Shown one piece after another: positions 23,326 to 36,998 of a DNA stretch of 64,000 nt; the first letter of the stretch is position 1; each line of letters opens with the position of its first letter. The position numbers and the translations under genes are program-made. The notes under the pieces are model-generated. The model had not been told where the DNA came from and did no database searches. It worked only from the letters and a program-made list of their open reading frames with translations. The stretch is taken from positions 2,105,216 to 2,169,215 of the forward strand of contig CAJINV010000002.1 in NCBI GenBank assembly GCA_905178155.1. Direction: 5' to 3'. This DNA comes from Amoebophrya sp. A120. Its lineage: Eukaryota > Protista > Dinoflagellata.

Positions 23326-26300
23326 CTAACAGCAACGAATCGAATCGGGCTCCGGTGCCGGGGGATCACCAGAGGTCGCATATGTTTGCTGATGCTGTGT
23401 TGTTGTGAGCATAATTCCCTGGGGGCTTTGTTGTCCCGCCACTACACCCCCGTTATTGACGGCGTTCGGATCAATATTCGGAGGTGGAGGCTGCGAAACA
23501 CCAGGCGGTTGAGCACCAGGGGCCTGCTGCCCACCTGGTGGTTGCCCACCTGGTGGTTGCCCCCCTGGTGGCTGAACAAGACCTCCTGCTGACTGTTTCA
23601 TCTTCACTTTCTCCTGCTTAAACTTTTCCTCCTGTTTCAGCCTTTCCGTCCTTTCGCCCTCCGTCTCAAACGGAGACTGAAAGATTTCCTTCGGACGCGG
23701 GGGGCCGATGACCTCCGTACCATCAATATCCTGAGTAAAAACGTCCCCACACCAGAGTTGTCATGCTAAACAAAATGCGACACACTTTGCCCCCTCATTG
23801 TGCCATAGCCGCAGATGGCCTGAGACGCAGGGCGGGTGGGTCAGGCGGACACCTAAGTGCCATCACCATCATCTCCCGGCCACTATATTCCAACTCTGTT
23901 TTCGCCACCAGAGTTGTCATGCAGATCTGCAAGCGCAGGAGCATTTGTAATGCGCATCCCCATGAGAGGCATTTCCCAGCGTATTTTGGAACTTGTAATG
24001 CTGTAAACAGGATAAGGAGATGGATTTGCTATGCGGCTTCCCTTGCTAAACTGCATTACACTACAGCCTGCAACTTGTCATGCGTGGCTCCCAAAACTTC
24101 GAGGTTTGTGTTGCAAAATCCCCATCTTGACTGTGGGGTGGGGACGTTTTTACAAATGATAATCAACCCTCCGCCTTTCTTCGAAATCGCAGTACGACTG
24201 GTAGCAAGTCATCTTTTCCTTCGGATCGACGTGCCCCTTCTTTTGCTTCATCATGATACTGTGCGCATTCACGTTCCGACACAAATATTTCATGCGGTGC
24301 GTGTTTCGGTCGTCGGCGGCGTCTTCCGTGAAAACCGCGTCGGGCTGGCACGCCAGGCGATAGTCGAACTTTAGGTAGTTGCGGTTCGATATCCTGTGCA
24401 AAAGTATCGTGCTCGTACTAATTGCAGTCATGCAAGACAAATTTTTTTCTCAAGCTAAATCAGCATGAGAAATTCCAGTTGTCATGCTGAGCGAAATTTG
24501 TATTGCAATACTACGAGTACGATAGTTTTGCAGTTCATATTCGAGAGCTTCCAGGTCACAAAGTCCATGACGAGTCTCTGGACTTCCGAGTCGAACACTT
24601 CTTCCCGGGGGCAATGGTCGCGTTGAGCCGCATTGTTCACGAGCGGAGCAAATGATACGCCCTGCGTGGTCGTCGTGGGTTGCTGGTGACCAGTAGACGT
24701 GACGGTGGTGCCCACTTCCGCAACAAAGATCAGCTCGTTTTTCTCAACCTTATCGTTGTTGTCGATGACAATCAGATAGTATGGAAGTGCACAATACTTC
24801 TACATCACACCTCCTGCATTTTGATTTTGTCCCTTCGTTCGCAAGTGGACCGCTTCAAGAACGCTTGCAGCGGCTTTGCACGAGCGCAAGAACATTAACA
24901 GAAGAACTGACCAGAGAACTACATCAAAAGCCGAACTGTAAAAACCGGGGTGTGAATTTGTGTTTATTGCCATGCAAAAGCTAAATCGAAAGAACCCCAA
25001 GAATTTCGTCAATTTGAACAAGTTCCGAAAAATTCATACGTAATAAATTCCTTCCACTTCCTTATGTCTTACATCAACCTGATCTTCAGGGGCAAAGTCA
25101 GCAGGGGCTCTGAGTATATCTTTCTGCACTTTCATACATGATGGAAGTCCGGGCCTGCATACTGTTGTTCACCAAATGCGTCCCATCCCTGCCTCGCAGC
25201 CCCGCTCTGCAGCGTTCTCCACACCGTGTTGAGCGGGTTCCGCAGCAGCCAGGAGTCCGCATTGGCAACCTTCGGTAGCCGGACCCCATTTTCGGCGAGA
25301 AAGGGATTTTGAAACTGCTGTAGGCTCCTCATGGCCCGGGGAATGTTGCGGTCCTCCCACAGACCCGGCATGGCCACAATGTTGAAGCCCAACCAGATGT
25401 CGAACACGTCGTTTAACTCACCGACGGTCTCTGGCATCATGTCTCTTCGCAACCACTCCAGCAGCTCCAGAGGGCTCAAATTGTTTTCAATCAACAGGTT
25501 CGTTTTGGCGGTTAGACTTGCTCCCATGAGTGAGTCCAGGAAGTCTTCCGGGCTTGCCAATAGGGGAGGGACGTCGTGGTCTGCAAGACGAGGGCGGCCA
25601 GGATCTTCATGGTCCGTATTACGACCTGTCTCTGCAATTTGTGGTCCTCCCCTTGCCCGCGATAGTTCTGCGTCCGCCAGTGCCCTTTGGCGTTGCTGTT
25701 GCGCGAGCTGTCGCTTTGTCTCATCCAACTCTTTTTCTGCCGTGTTCTTGAGATGAAGAACTGTGTCTGCTTCACGCGGCCCGCCCCCGGGTCGTGCCAT
25801 CATCCCGTCGTTAACTACTTTTTTGAGATTTGCTTCTTTAGCCGCGACCTGCTCCTGTGCCTGCTTTTCCAAAAATACTGCCAAATCTCTCGCCCTGCTG
25901 GCACCCAGGAGGTGCACGCGGCCCGATTTATTTCCTTCCCCTCCTCGAGGCAGCGTGTCCAACCCACATTTTCGGGCGAAACGATACAGATCGTCCATGG
26001 CCGCGGCCATTTTGCTTAGGAATTCCTGGACAATGCCTCGCTTGTGATAGATGTTTACTTTCACCCACTCGCTGAAGGCCAGACCATGTGCCCCGACGTT
26101 ATGAAACTTGTATTGCTCCATGGTCAGCAGTGATTGCAAACCAAGAAATTCGATACTCTTCCGCACTACCTCTGGGACGTTGTCGGCCGGAAAGCCTAAC
26201 TCCAGGGCGTCTTGAAGATCTCTATGAAAGCCTAAGGTTGGAAGTCCTCAAAGTGAAAATGATCTGTAATGCAAAAAAAACGACTCCAGTTGGAGCACCA

Positions 26301-29300
26301 TTTGTAGTCGGCGCATGACAAATTTCCCGGGCACTCAAAACGTGTCTGTCATGCTAGTTAGGCAAAGGGGTGCCGTTCTCTCATGCTAATCAGCAGCCCA
26401 TTTCTGAACCCGTAGATGAAGCACAATAGTCGGCCTCCATTGCGTTCTCTGCAATACAGTCTTTTTGGTGTCGCATTTCATGCATCACAACTTATTTCCA
26501 CTTTGAGGATTTCCATTCTGAGGGTGTCATAATCTCGCCACGCTTCGTCCTTGTTGATAAATCCGAAAGCCTCTTGCACGATAGTAAGACGCTCCGCTAC
26601 TGCAGCTTGTTCCATCTGTAGTTTGTGCTCTTCATCACCCCGGGCGGTTTTTGAAGCACGGCCAGCCGCGCTACCTCCGGAGGTACCCTCGCTCCTAGTA
26701 CCCGCAGCAGCGGCCAACGACCCACCTGTAGTTGCCGCTACTTGGGTCCTCGCATCCTGCTCTGGTGCGTCGCGGCGCCTCGGTAGGTTCTCAATGATCC
26801 AGCGCATGTCCTTCCCAAAGTTCGACGAAAGGGTCGGCGTCTGTCTGCCTCCGCCGTCCACCGCGACCGGGCCGAAGTCGAGCAGATCTACCCCCAGCGG
26901 GTCCCGCACTTCCAGCAGTTGCGCCATATTTATTCCCGCGCAACTGTTTTTACCACCGCCGTCGGGCAGCAGTCGTCTAAACTTGTCCCAGACCTGCTGG
27001 ATAACGGGGTAGATATCGGGAAGTTGATGGATAATCTGGCCGGTGGTCGGGTCTCGCGTCTGAAACACCGCTTTTTTGAAGCTTTCGTAGCGCAACTGGT
27101 CCGGACGCGGAAGTGGTGGCGGCGGCCCGGAGTTCCCCTGCTGCTTTGGACGGAAGATTACGTGGTGGTCCTTGCCCAGTAACAGCTGAATGTCGTGCCC
27201 GACCGCGTTTAAGAAGACCCAGCCCCAGAGCTTAAACAACTCCTGCGGCTCAATCAAGTCGTCAACCAGGTACCTGGGCACAAACTCCTTCTTGTTCTGT
27301 GGGAGATCCGAGTATCGATGTGTGGAAAAACTACTTGCGAGGTGCATCTAGTAAGTTCAAAAAAGACCCACACTAGCCATACAACCACGATATATTTTTC
27401 TCCTGTTTACTAAGCGTATCACATGCCTAGTATTTGCATATGCAGATGTCGTAATTGCAGCACCAGCAAGTCGAAGCGTGGCCCTGCAACTGTGCACACT
27501 TTTATTCAACACAAGTAGATCATACAGCTCTACTAGCGATACAAATTTCGATTTTATTATGTTTTCAGTTTTACTACAGAAACAGATGCAGATCCAGATT
27601 GTGGAAAAATAGAGACGCACGGCGTAAGTAGCTCTTGTTACGCGGGATAACTTCACTGCTGGATCCATGCCTGCCATCTCGATAATCCTGTCGGCCAGGG
27701 TGCTCTTACCCGTCCCGGTGTTTCCAAAAACCACGAAAAGCTTGGGCTTTTCCCCGTGCGGGTCTAGTAAGCGTCCCCGACCAGGAGCGGCTGAAGACGC
27801 GCCAGACGCGGTCGTCGGCGCAGCAGGAGCGTCGGCCCCGACCACCTCCTTGTCTAGCCCCGTCAACTTCTCGATCTCTGCTCGGTAGGCCCGGTATTGG
27901 TTAACGGACAAATGATTGCTTTTTGGAACTTCTTGTGATGCTGACGATGTTGCGCTGGTTGTACTTCTTCTCGCGGTTTGCGGAAGCAAGGATGCCGCTC
28001 CTCCTAGTGTAAAAATCTGCGTCACACACCTCCTTGAGGACCCGGACTGCTCCTCGCTTTTTTTAAGTAATGGAAATAATTGGGGATGCACCCCCAAAAC
28101 CAACTGCGAGGGCTCCGACGGAGCGGCCTGCTGGTCCTGGGAACTAGATGTAGAACCTGCTCCAGCTGTCTGCTTTTCTTGCACCAGACTGCTAGTAGTT
28201 GAAGCTGCCTCATCGTCTGCTCCTGCTTGCTGCTGCTGCACTCGTTGTTGTTGCTGGGGTTGCAAGAACGAGCTTACTACAGTAGTGGTGTAGTTCTTGT
28301 TTGTTTCCCCGCGATGAAATTCATATGGATCTTCTTCAACCGCAGGACGTGGACGAGCGGCCTTGTTCCTATTCCTTGTCCCCCCGCCAGCACTTTCTCG
28401 TGCGCCAGGTGAGCTAGGCGCAGTCGCAGGTCTCTCAGTGCTGGTTGTCTCGCTTTTATTCCCAAGTGCCGGGAAATTCTGATCGTCGGTCATGCTCGTG
28501 TCCGTACGATTTGTGTTGCTGGTACTATCATGTTTCGTCGCCGCGGCTTTGTCCTCGCCGCTTTGCAATCTTGTCAAATCCCTTCCGTCTTTGTCAGCAC
28601 GACGCTCCTCGTCACGACTGTCGCCTGTTTTATTTACTGGTGACACCACTTGTTCAGCTCGTCGTCCCTTCTTTTCACCTTCTGTAGGTTCTACTCCACC
28701 AAGTTCATCTCCTGTATTTCCGTCTTGATCTTGTGGTGTTCTACTTGACGGCGCCGTGGTGCCCAGTGCGGGAAGTAGAACTACATCCTTATCATCAGCA
28801 GTTCCAGTTCCTGCACGACCTGTTGTTGACCCACCAGCACGACGGCAGGCGTTGGTGTCTGTTTGACTTCCGTCGTCTTCTTGAACATCTTTATCTGTTC
28901 CTGTAGCAGCACTAGGACCACCTGCTGTCGAGGACTCCTTCGTAGCGGGAGCAGTGGTTGTTGATATTATCGAGGGCTCCGCCGACGTGGTGGACGAAGC
29001 AGAAGACGTCTTCGTGTCTTTGCTCTTCGACGAGGCCAAGATGGAAGTCGACGAAGTAGAAGTAGTGCGAATTTCATCTCCATCATCTTGAAGATGCTCC
29101 TCATGCTCATCCTGCAGCTTCCCAGCAACTCCACAACCAATGCGACTTTCCTTGTTTCCAGGGGACGAGCAAATAGACTTTTGGTTTTGCAGCTCCTCAG
29201 AGGTTTTAATACTTGTACCTAGCATTGTTTCTGTTCCCTGGAAAAAAAGCAAGGAGCTAGTATTAACTGCTTGCTCCACCACACCAGAGAAGAAATCCGC

Positions 29301-29908
29301 CAAATACGACCACGTTGCGCCAGAAAGTACGAAATAGCCCTCTCGCTCCGCCAGTCTCCGGGCTTCTTTATGGAAGCGTCAGGATCGAAATCAACAAAAT
29401 CGAAATAATTTGTGATGCATAGAATCGATACCAGTTGGAGCCTCAGTTTCCAAGTGGCGCATGACAAATTTTGGCAGCACCAAAATCCGACCTGTCATGC
29501 TGTTTGGGCAAAGAACACCACTCCTGTCATGCTACTGTGGCAGCATATCGGCTTCCCCTAAACGACTTGCAATCGGTCTCATTTGCGTCCTCCCCAACAC
29601 AGGCCATACGTGCCCTACATTTTATGCATTACAAATTTTTCGATTTTGTCGATTTCGATCCTGACACTCCCATATTCTTCTGCCTTCAAGTATGCCTCGG
29701 AAGGGACGATCGTCACATCGTCGCCGCCCGAGCGGTCGATGTTCAGTTGTACATGGCGTTGGTCCTGCTGCGGGTGATGCACCCGAACGGCGGTTGTGGG
29801 GCGGAGCTGCTGCACCGTGAAGATGTGCAGGAAGATCATTGTTGTCATTTTCCATCTGGCGGGTACAGAGGAGAGCTGCACGGGCTGCTCCGTCTTCTTC
29901 TTCTTCAT
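23326..29908 (-). CDS. P-loop kinase-like multidomain protein, paralogue A (7 exons)
   Basis: KLFVVFGNTGTGKSTLADRII at about 27690-27750; LVDDLIEPQ; FQNPF..GVRLP..ADSWLLRN domain; CYQSYCDFE; final ORF ends IRCC*. Five of six junctions are in frame; the last (23727-24161) is off by 1 nt. Confidence 0.7.
23727..24161. mobile_element. Introner, family C, with an internal insert of about 140 bp
   Basis: TATCCTGAGTAAAAACGTCCCCAC / GTGGGGACGTTTTTACAAATGATA; perfect TSD ATCAA; CACCAGAGTTGTCATGC is duplicated at 23750 and 23906. Confidence 0.9.
24390..24539. mobile_element. Introner, family B
   Basis: Family B TIRs; perfect TSD TTCGA; join KLSN|RNYL. Confidence 0.95.
24780..25136. mobile_element. 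Decayed introner
   Basis: TATGGAAGTGCACA / TCTGCACTTTCATA; flanks GATAG/CATGA; the +5 rule gives DFHH|VIVIDNN, matching the paralogue HFIVVDNN. A GT-AG intron 25137-24800 is also in frame. Confidence 0.65.
26223..26531. mobile_element. Introner, family D-related
   Basis: TATGAAAGCCTAAGGTTGGAAGTCCTCAAAGTG / CACTTTGAGGATTTCCATTCTGAGGGTGTCATA; perfect TSD ATCTC; join AWRD|LQDA. Confidence 0.92.
27313..27649. mobile_element. Decayed introner-like intron
   Basis: TATC...GATA termini; TIR and TSD lost; the +5 rule joins GMDPAV to LPQNKK in frame. Confidence 0.5.
29369..29674. mobile_element. Introner, family D
   Basis: TATGGAAGCGTCAGGATCGAAATC / GATTTCGATCCTGACACTCCCATA; perfect TSD TTCTT; join KAEE|ARRL. 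Confidence 0.95.
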
Positions 29909-31887
29909 TCTGGTCGCAGCAGAACTTCTAACTACGCATTCTATCCGCCTATCGGAACATCAAGTGCTTCACCTTATTTCCGTTCGTCCACCGCGTAGCC
30001 GCGACCTGCCTGCTTGTCTCCTCGACCACCCGTCATGTGCCCACGGAACGAACAGAAGAAATACGGCTTCTCAACCACCAAGCCAACTTCAACTGCTTCG
30101 TCTTGCTATCTCCCGTTCGGTCTTAGGGAGGTGCTTAAGATGAAGCTGCTGCAGCTCCTTCTCGTCTACACAAAAAAAACCAGCAATGGCCTTGGCCTTT
30201 CATAGAAGTGCATAATCCTGACCACCACCAGGTAGGTAATCGTAATCTTATCAAAACGAAAACACGAATAAACAAGGGGAAAACAATAACAATATATCGA
30301 TCAAAGTACGGTGATTATCTTGTTCTTCTGTTTGTTCTCAGTCTGATTCGGAAGCAAAATGCTGGGAACTAGTACTCAGATAGTAGATCTTGCTAGAAAA
30401 AGGGGGCACCAACCTGGACGACGAGTTTATTCGTATTCAGCTCTGTTTGGGAATGACAACGATGAGAGATGAAATTCAAACTACGACGTTCTTCTACAAC
30501 TGTAGAAAACAAATTCGCCACGATGTACGAAAAGCGCGGGCGCACGAAGAAACTGCGCGGGTCCTCGTGCACGAAGAAAGCCATGCACGACAAAGGGCAC
30601 TACACAAAACCGATTTCGCCACGACAGCGACAGCACGAACGAACTTCACAAAAGAACGCAAACACATCATGTTCATCTTCCACACGACGGACATGTTGAT
30701 GTTAGAGAAGTAGCCGAAGAACGAACCGAGTATTACTTTGGCGATGATCCACCTACTATCTCACGAGCAGTCGTAACGCAGGAGTGCGCGAGGCCGCAGA
30801 GTTGTAGGGGTCGTGGTACAAACGCGAAAGTGGAGGACCTAGTAGACCGATACAGTGACTCCGTCGATCTTCAAAGTATAGGTGCGCAAATACGTCCACC
30901 TCTAGGGATATTTCTCCATATTTCCGAAAGATGGGACCGCGACCAGCGCAGACGAAGAACCGAAACCTAACAAGAGCCTACCAAAACATACAAGTCGCGA
31001 GAACAAGACAAAGAGCCTTGCTTGTCGGTGCAGATTTAGAGTTCATCTCCACAAGAGCTTGAGCTTTTTCATTCTCTCAGATACAACCAGGAAATCGAAA
31101 TGCTTATACAACTACGAAATGGAAATTTTTTATGGTACAGTAAAGCTGCTTTATTCAAGTGACAAAAATGAATCATCTCACGCGAAAACTTTGACCTTCT
31201 TGTTCTGAATATAAATATTTTACGGTTGACAAACTCAAATCACATAGCAAAAAGATTGTGGGCGAAACTCCTTGCTTCTTCTCCACCTCAAGTTTGTGTT
31301 ACAAAAAGAAAACGAAAACTTTTTTGTTTGTCAAGCTCAAGAAGCCCATACGCAAAAAAATAATAAAAAAAATTAGAAAGGGGAAGAAAACAAAACGAAG
31401 GTAGAAAAACTAGCTCATACAGTGATAAAGCAAAACAACAGCTGATTTTCGTTGCGTTCCTTCCGAGTGTTATCCAGAGCACACACCCAAGCGGCCCGTT
31501 GGACCGCGCCTATTGGGGCTGGGTCAAGCAGGCCGCGCCCAGCTTCCGTAGCGGGGAGCGGCCCACTCCACCACCACCTGGCCCCCAGGGCAAGACCCCC
31601 CAGAACCCCACCACCGGTGGATGAATGGGGGGAACAGCGCCAGCCCCAGCCCCACTTGCCCCCAAGGGGAAGACAGAAAGCAGACTGAACACAGCCTGCA
31701 AAGCAAGCGCAGCTGCAACCCAAACTCGCAACCACGGGCACGCAGACCGCGTTATTTCCCTGCCCCCCGGTAACCGGGCCTAGAATGAGCGCACGCAGCG
31801 CAGAACTTTCCATGCCGGAAAATGCTTGAAGCGGTAGCAGCTTCAAGTCAACCCGGATCAGTGGCTGTTACATCCCGAAAAAGCGAG

Positions 31888-32563
31888 GCACTTTCCCAGA
31901 AGGGATCCACCCTACTCCCACTTAGGGTCCTGTTGACTAACAAACTCCAAAAACCCGCGCGAAAGGGTCTACGCCCTGGACCGGATGAAACAGATGCCCG
32001 CAAGGCAGAAAACCCGGACACGGCCGCTAGCCGACACTGAAAACCCCAGAGGGGAAACGCATAGACACCAAGATAGACACGCACCACGATGGACTCTAAG
32101 ACCAAAATCCCGCGCAAGATATAACGCAGCGAAAGCGCCGATACACCACCCCCTCGTGGCGAGCCGCAAAATGTAGAAAGGATACCTCCGGGGAACAGAA
32201 AGCACTCGAACCCCCCACATTCCAGCAGCAAGCAATAGGCAATTCCCCAGAAGGGATCCACCCAACTCCCACGTAGTGTCCTCTTGATAAACTTCAAAAA
32301 CCCGCGCGAAAGGTTCTGCGCCCTGGACCTGATGAAACAACTGCCCGCAAGGCACAAAATTCGAACACGGCCCCTAGCCGACACGGAAAACCACTGAGGG
32401 GAAGCCCATCGATACCAAGATAGACACAAATGGTGATACACTCTAAGACCAAAATCCCGCAAAAGGAGCATTGTATAGAAAGCGCCGATCCGCCGCCCCC
32501 TGGTGGCGAGCCGCAAAACGTAGAAGGGATTGATACCTCCGGGGAAAAGAAAGCACTCGACCC
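31888..32563. repeat. Two-copy tandem repeat, about 350-bp period
   Basis: CCCAGAAGGGATCCACCC..AAAACCCGCGCGAAAGG..GATACCTCCGGGGAA.AGAAAGCACTCGA occurs from about 31888 and about 32239. Confidence 0.9.
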
Positions 32564-35500
32564 AAGCGAGGTGGCAAGACATACAACACAAGCCCGAAAG
32601 CCACTCCCAAAATGCGAAAAAGGAAGTCCTTCAATGTCAAGAGAAAACACCACTCACCTCCCGTCCCGGGAAAGCCCGCCGGCACGGGCGGAGGAAACTG
32701 ATGGCGATGCGCAAGCTAGCACAAGACCGCGGGCCGGAATTGCGGCAAGCGGCGGCAGGATGGACAATAACAGTCGAAAGTCAAACGCAGGAGGCACTGC
32801 CCGCGCGAACGAACACTGCCCGGCGGCACAGAAGAAAACCGGTAGTAATCCCGCGATACAGAGATAGCGATGACACAAGGAGGGCGAGACAGGGCTAGGA
32901 AACATCGCAGCAGTGCACAACAAGGTCGGACTCCAAAAGTCACAAGCAGACCACCTGCCAGCGATTGGCCCAGGCGCTACGGAGGGCGCGGCCCGGTGCC
33001 GGGCGAACAGCCGCGCAAGACCAACCTACGCAGAAATGCAGAGGCACAAAACCACCGCGGAACAGGAAAAGAGCTCCACACCTGTATCGAAAATAAAGCA
33101 AAAGGCGAAGCTGCACAGTAGCAACCAGTAACTACCATACCCCATGTGGTCCAGTAGCGAAAAATGAAAAGCAGCCACAGAGGAGCAATCCTCGTCGAGA
33201 CGCGACCCTAGGTGCCCCCTCTGACAAAGGCGAAGCGGGTCCAACAAAGCAGACAAAGCACAGTGCCTGCCCAACGTCCAGAACAGTGGTCCCTCACGGA
33301 CCCGCCCAGCAACAGCAGACCCCACTAGCGGGCGCAGCCGGAAACTAGCGAGCCAAGCCCGAGTACGCCAATGCTCTGCAACCAACCAATGCAGCAAACG
33401 CCCCTCCATGCCAGCAAGCAATTCCAAAAACCAACCCTGCCCGGGCCAGATTCCCCAAAATTCCGAAACGCCGTCCGGTGGGGCCCTGGACCTTGAGATC
33501 TATCTGAAAGAAAGAACAAGAGACCTGGGAGCGAAAGCGGACGTGATGTAAAAGAATCAATCGCGGAATCAAAGGCGAACTAGGGCTCCGGGTTCCCGAC
33601 TGGTGAAACGAAGAGGCGGGTCCTCCCGGCCTGGGGAAGGACCTAACTAGCTACAGACTCAGAAAGCGAAGAACCTCTGTCCACGAGGTACCCCCAAAAC
33701 CCGCACGAGCGCCCTTCCTCCTCCCGCAACTCAGCTAGAGAACATCTTGAGACAGGCCCGAAAGCCGCCTGCCAGCAAACAACCAGGCGAGTGGCCATTT
33801 GCCCCCGAACGATGGCTACTGCCAAATGGCCCCAAAACCAGAGCCCCCACCTGGGGAAAATCTGATGCCCGTTCCCCGGGTACTGCGGCCATACTAAAGG
33901 GAGCACGCGCCCCGGGCAAAACAAAATCCACCGTCCTCATGACTGGCACGGCCGGGCGGCCTAGCATAGCCTATAGCGTTAGCGAAACCGTCGACCCCAG
34001 GGGGACAGTGTAAAACTCCAGAACAAAACCCGTAGCATGCGCTACATATCCACATAGGCGAACAACGCCCGCCGGGCAGGACCTCAGAGATGGCGCAAAA
34101 AGCCTCGGCGACCGGAGTCCGCAACTCGACTCCATTGCTCAACTTGCATTCGCCCCTGCGAGCACTCACTATTACCTACTGACGCGACCATCCGGGCCAA
34201 AACCCCTGTGAAGCTACCGCAGGGAAACTCCTGAACCGGGACAAGGAGACATCGCTGCTGACCCACAGTCCGCCTCCCCGAAAAAGCTAAAAACACGGAA
34301 AAGGCGCCTATAGTTCCCTTCCAGAAAAACTACGCAAGAAAAGGCCACGCGCCGGGTAATCAAAACCTGTTCCAGTGCAGCCTCAAGGCTGGCGCTACAG
34401 CCCCCCAATCATAAGCACCGAGACCCCGCCTCTTAGCAGCCCCACCAGGGACATCCGATTTTCGCCTCTAGGGAAGCAAGGCCAACAAACGCGCCTGAAA
34501 ATATTGACTGCGAAGTGTAGCCGGCGGCAGAGCCAGAGAACCGTCCGCGAGGTAGCCGAGCGGCAGCACCCTACACCAGTAAAACCAGGCTCCCACCGGA
34601 GCAGAACGCAAGCGCTGTTCTCACGGCAAACACAAAGTCGAGGAGCATGGATAATCCCTGGGCTACATTCCACGTCGCAGAGCAGATCGCAATAACCGTG
34701 AACGCAGCGAAATAGGCTAGAAGGGGAGCGAGAGAGAGCTAGGCAACCCCGGGGGACCTATTGAATTGTGAGACGAATAGCTTAAACAAGGTTCAAATAG
34801 GGCGGCCTGAATTCCCGATCAGGCTCAAGTGTTGCGTGGTCAGCTGTAGAGCACATCGCATCCTAACAGTAGCAGCAATTTCCCCCCGAGAAGTGGCAAA
34901 CTACTGCGCTAACGCGAACGGACTAGAACAGCCAAGCACCAAGCTAGCTTCCCACTATGGCAACAAATCCCATGCGATCCAAGAGTAGCAGACTAAACAG
35001 ACTAACGTCAGGACAACGCAAACAGCCTCTCTTCTCGACCACTCCCGGTACGTAGCTATCCTAGCCTAGCCGGCTCGACCAGACAAGCGGGTCATCCGAA
35101 ACTTCCAAGAAGTAGCCTCCCTAGGGCACACAGAAAGCCAAAATTTCCCGACCGGTTAACCAAGCCTAAGAATAGCGTCGCACCTCCAACGTGCCCCCAG
35201 CGACTGTCTGGGTGGGAAAATAGCAAGCTACCCGAAACAAACCCAGCCGCTGCAGGTCCGGCAAACTCCAAACGAACACCAAAGAGCAGACCTTCGCTTG
35301 TGGAAAACTCACTGACGCTGAGCATCGACAAGTGCCCTACTCCTACGGCCAAGGCCCATCCGTTCGTGAGGCTGCAACAACCCCTCCCGGAAGGCAAGGA
35401 AAGAAATCCGAATATCGGCTGAAAAATACTGCTGTCGATCCAAATCGACCCGGGCTGACCTCGCTAGAAAACCGACGGTCCTCGTAGGAAAATCCAAAAC

Positions 35501-36998
35501 TCAGAGGCGAGCACCCAAAAGCCAAGGCGTTGCACGCGCCTGGCGTGACTCCTAACCCTATCATGAGAAAAAAGGGAACCAGAACCACTAGTAGGCCTCT
35601 CAGCCACTAGGCCCGAGCGAGCGGGAGACCCCCGCGCACGTCTACGCGAAGACGAGTTCCGTACCCCCAGTGCGACCAGCTACCCCGCAAGGGTGCCACG
35701 AATAGCGCACCTTACTCAACCCCAGCCCAGCTGGGCCTTCCCGCGACAATAATGCCCGCGCCACAGACAAACTTTGGCGCGGGCCATCATCCACGAAGCA
35801 AAACCTCGGCCCCGCCCCGCGATGGGAACAGAGGGCGAACGAAGGAGACACCAAACCACCAGCCCCAGCCAGGGAACAAGTTCGCAAGGGTAACGGATTG
35901 GGTACCGCCAGTGCCAAACGACCCCTGTTCCCAAAGCAAGGCGAGACCGAGGACAGAGCGGAGCTCCCCTGGTGTGGTGCAGATGAGACTGCAAGGCCAA
36001 TCCGCAAAAGTAAAAGAAAAAGGCAGCCGCCGAGATAGGTGCCAGCGCTGTGAGGCATCTAGCCAGCCTTCCGAAAACAGAAATGCCCCAGGTCAGGGAA
36101 GTTCCACCGCGAAACGAGATGCACTAGACCGCAGTATCAACAAAGCGAAGCAGAGGGTAGTACTACGGGCCCCTGAACGGAAAACTTCCAATGTGTAAAA
36201 AGATCCAGGCCCCAGCCTAAATAAAATCTATCGAAACGGCCAACAGGCAGGATAGAATAGACACTGGCTCCGCGCCCCCAACGGGATGCGAGCTATACGC
36301 GCATCCGAAACAGAGTAAGTATCCTCACCGCCGTCAACAGGGCCAACCCTAGCAAAACCAAACGCCAACAGAACTGCGGCGAGCCCCGCCACCTCGTATC
36401 CCTAAGTGCCAAGCCTCTAGCTGTCGACCCATGCGCTCCCGGCTGGAGGTTTTGTACACTCGCTGACAAGAACCCCGCGCAGAACTATACTATCGACCCA
36501 CTGAGACCGAGGACGAAGCAAAGCTTCTCTGGTGTAACACGGAGTAGAGACGCGACCCGGCAGGGGAGTAGCTGCTCTCAAGCTAAAAACCAGCACCGCG
36601 AGGTATCTGGCCCCGACAGGGCTTCCCAAACGAGGCCTCGGAGCCTCCTGCCCTTACTCGGAGTAGTAGCTAGTAAGTTGAAAAACCCGCAACATATCGA
36701 AGGGCGAGCAAAACCCACCTTGCACCCTGAGCAGCACCATAATGCTCTGCAGCACTGCCGCATATTCCCTAGCAGCGCGAACAAAAACAAACTCCAGCCA
36801 GCCCATCTAGGACCCCGAGCTTGAGGGCCAGAGCTCGGAGTGAAACATCCTGCCCTAATGAGGAGCGAAAACAAAGAACAGCCCATATCCCCAGGGGCTC
36901 GAAAAGCAGAAATATCCATGAGTAGGCATCTTAGTACTTCGACCTCCTGATCCACTTACTAGTTGTAAAAGCCGCACAACTACCATCCTGAAACCCAT

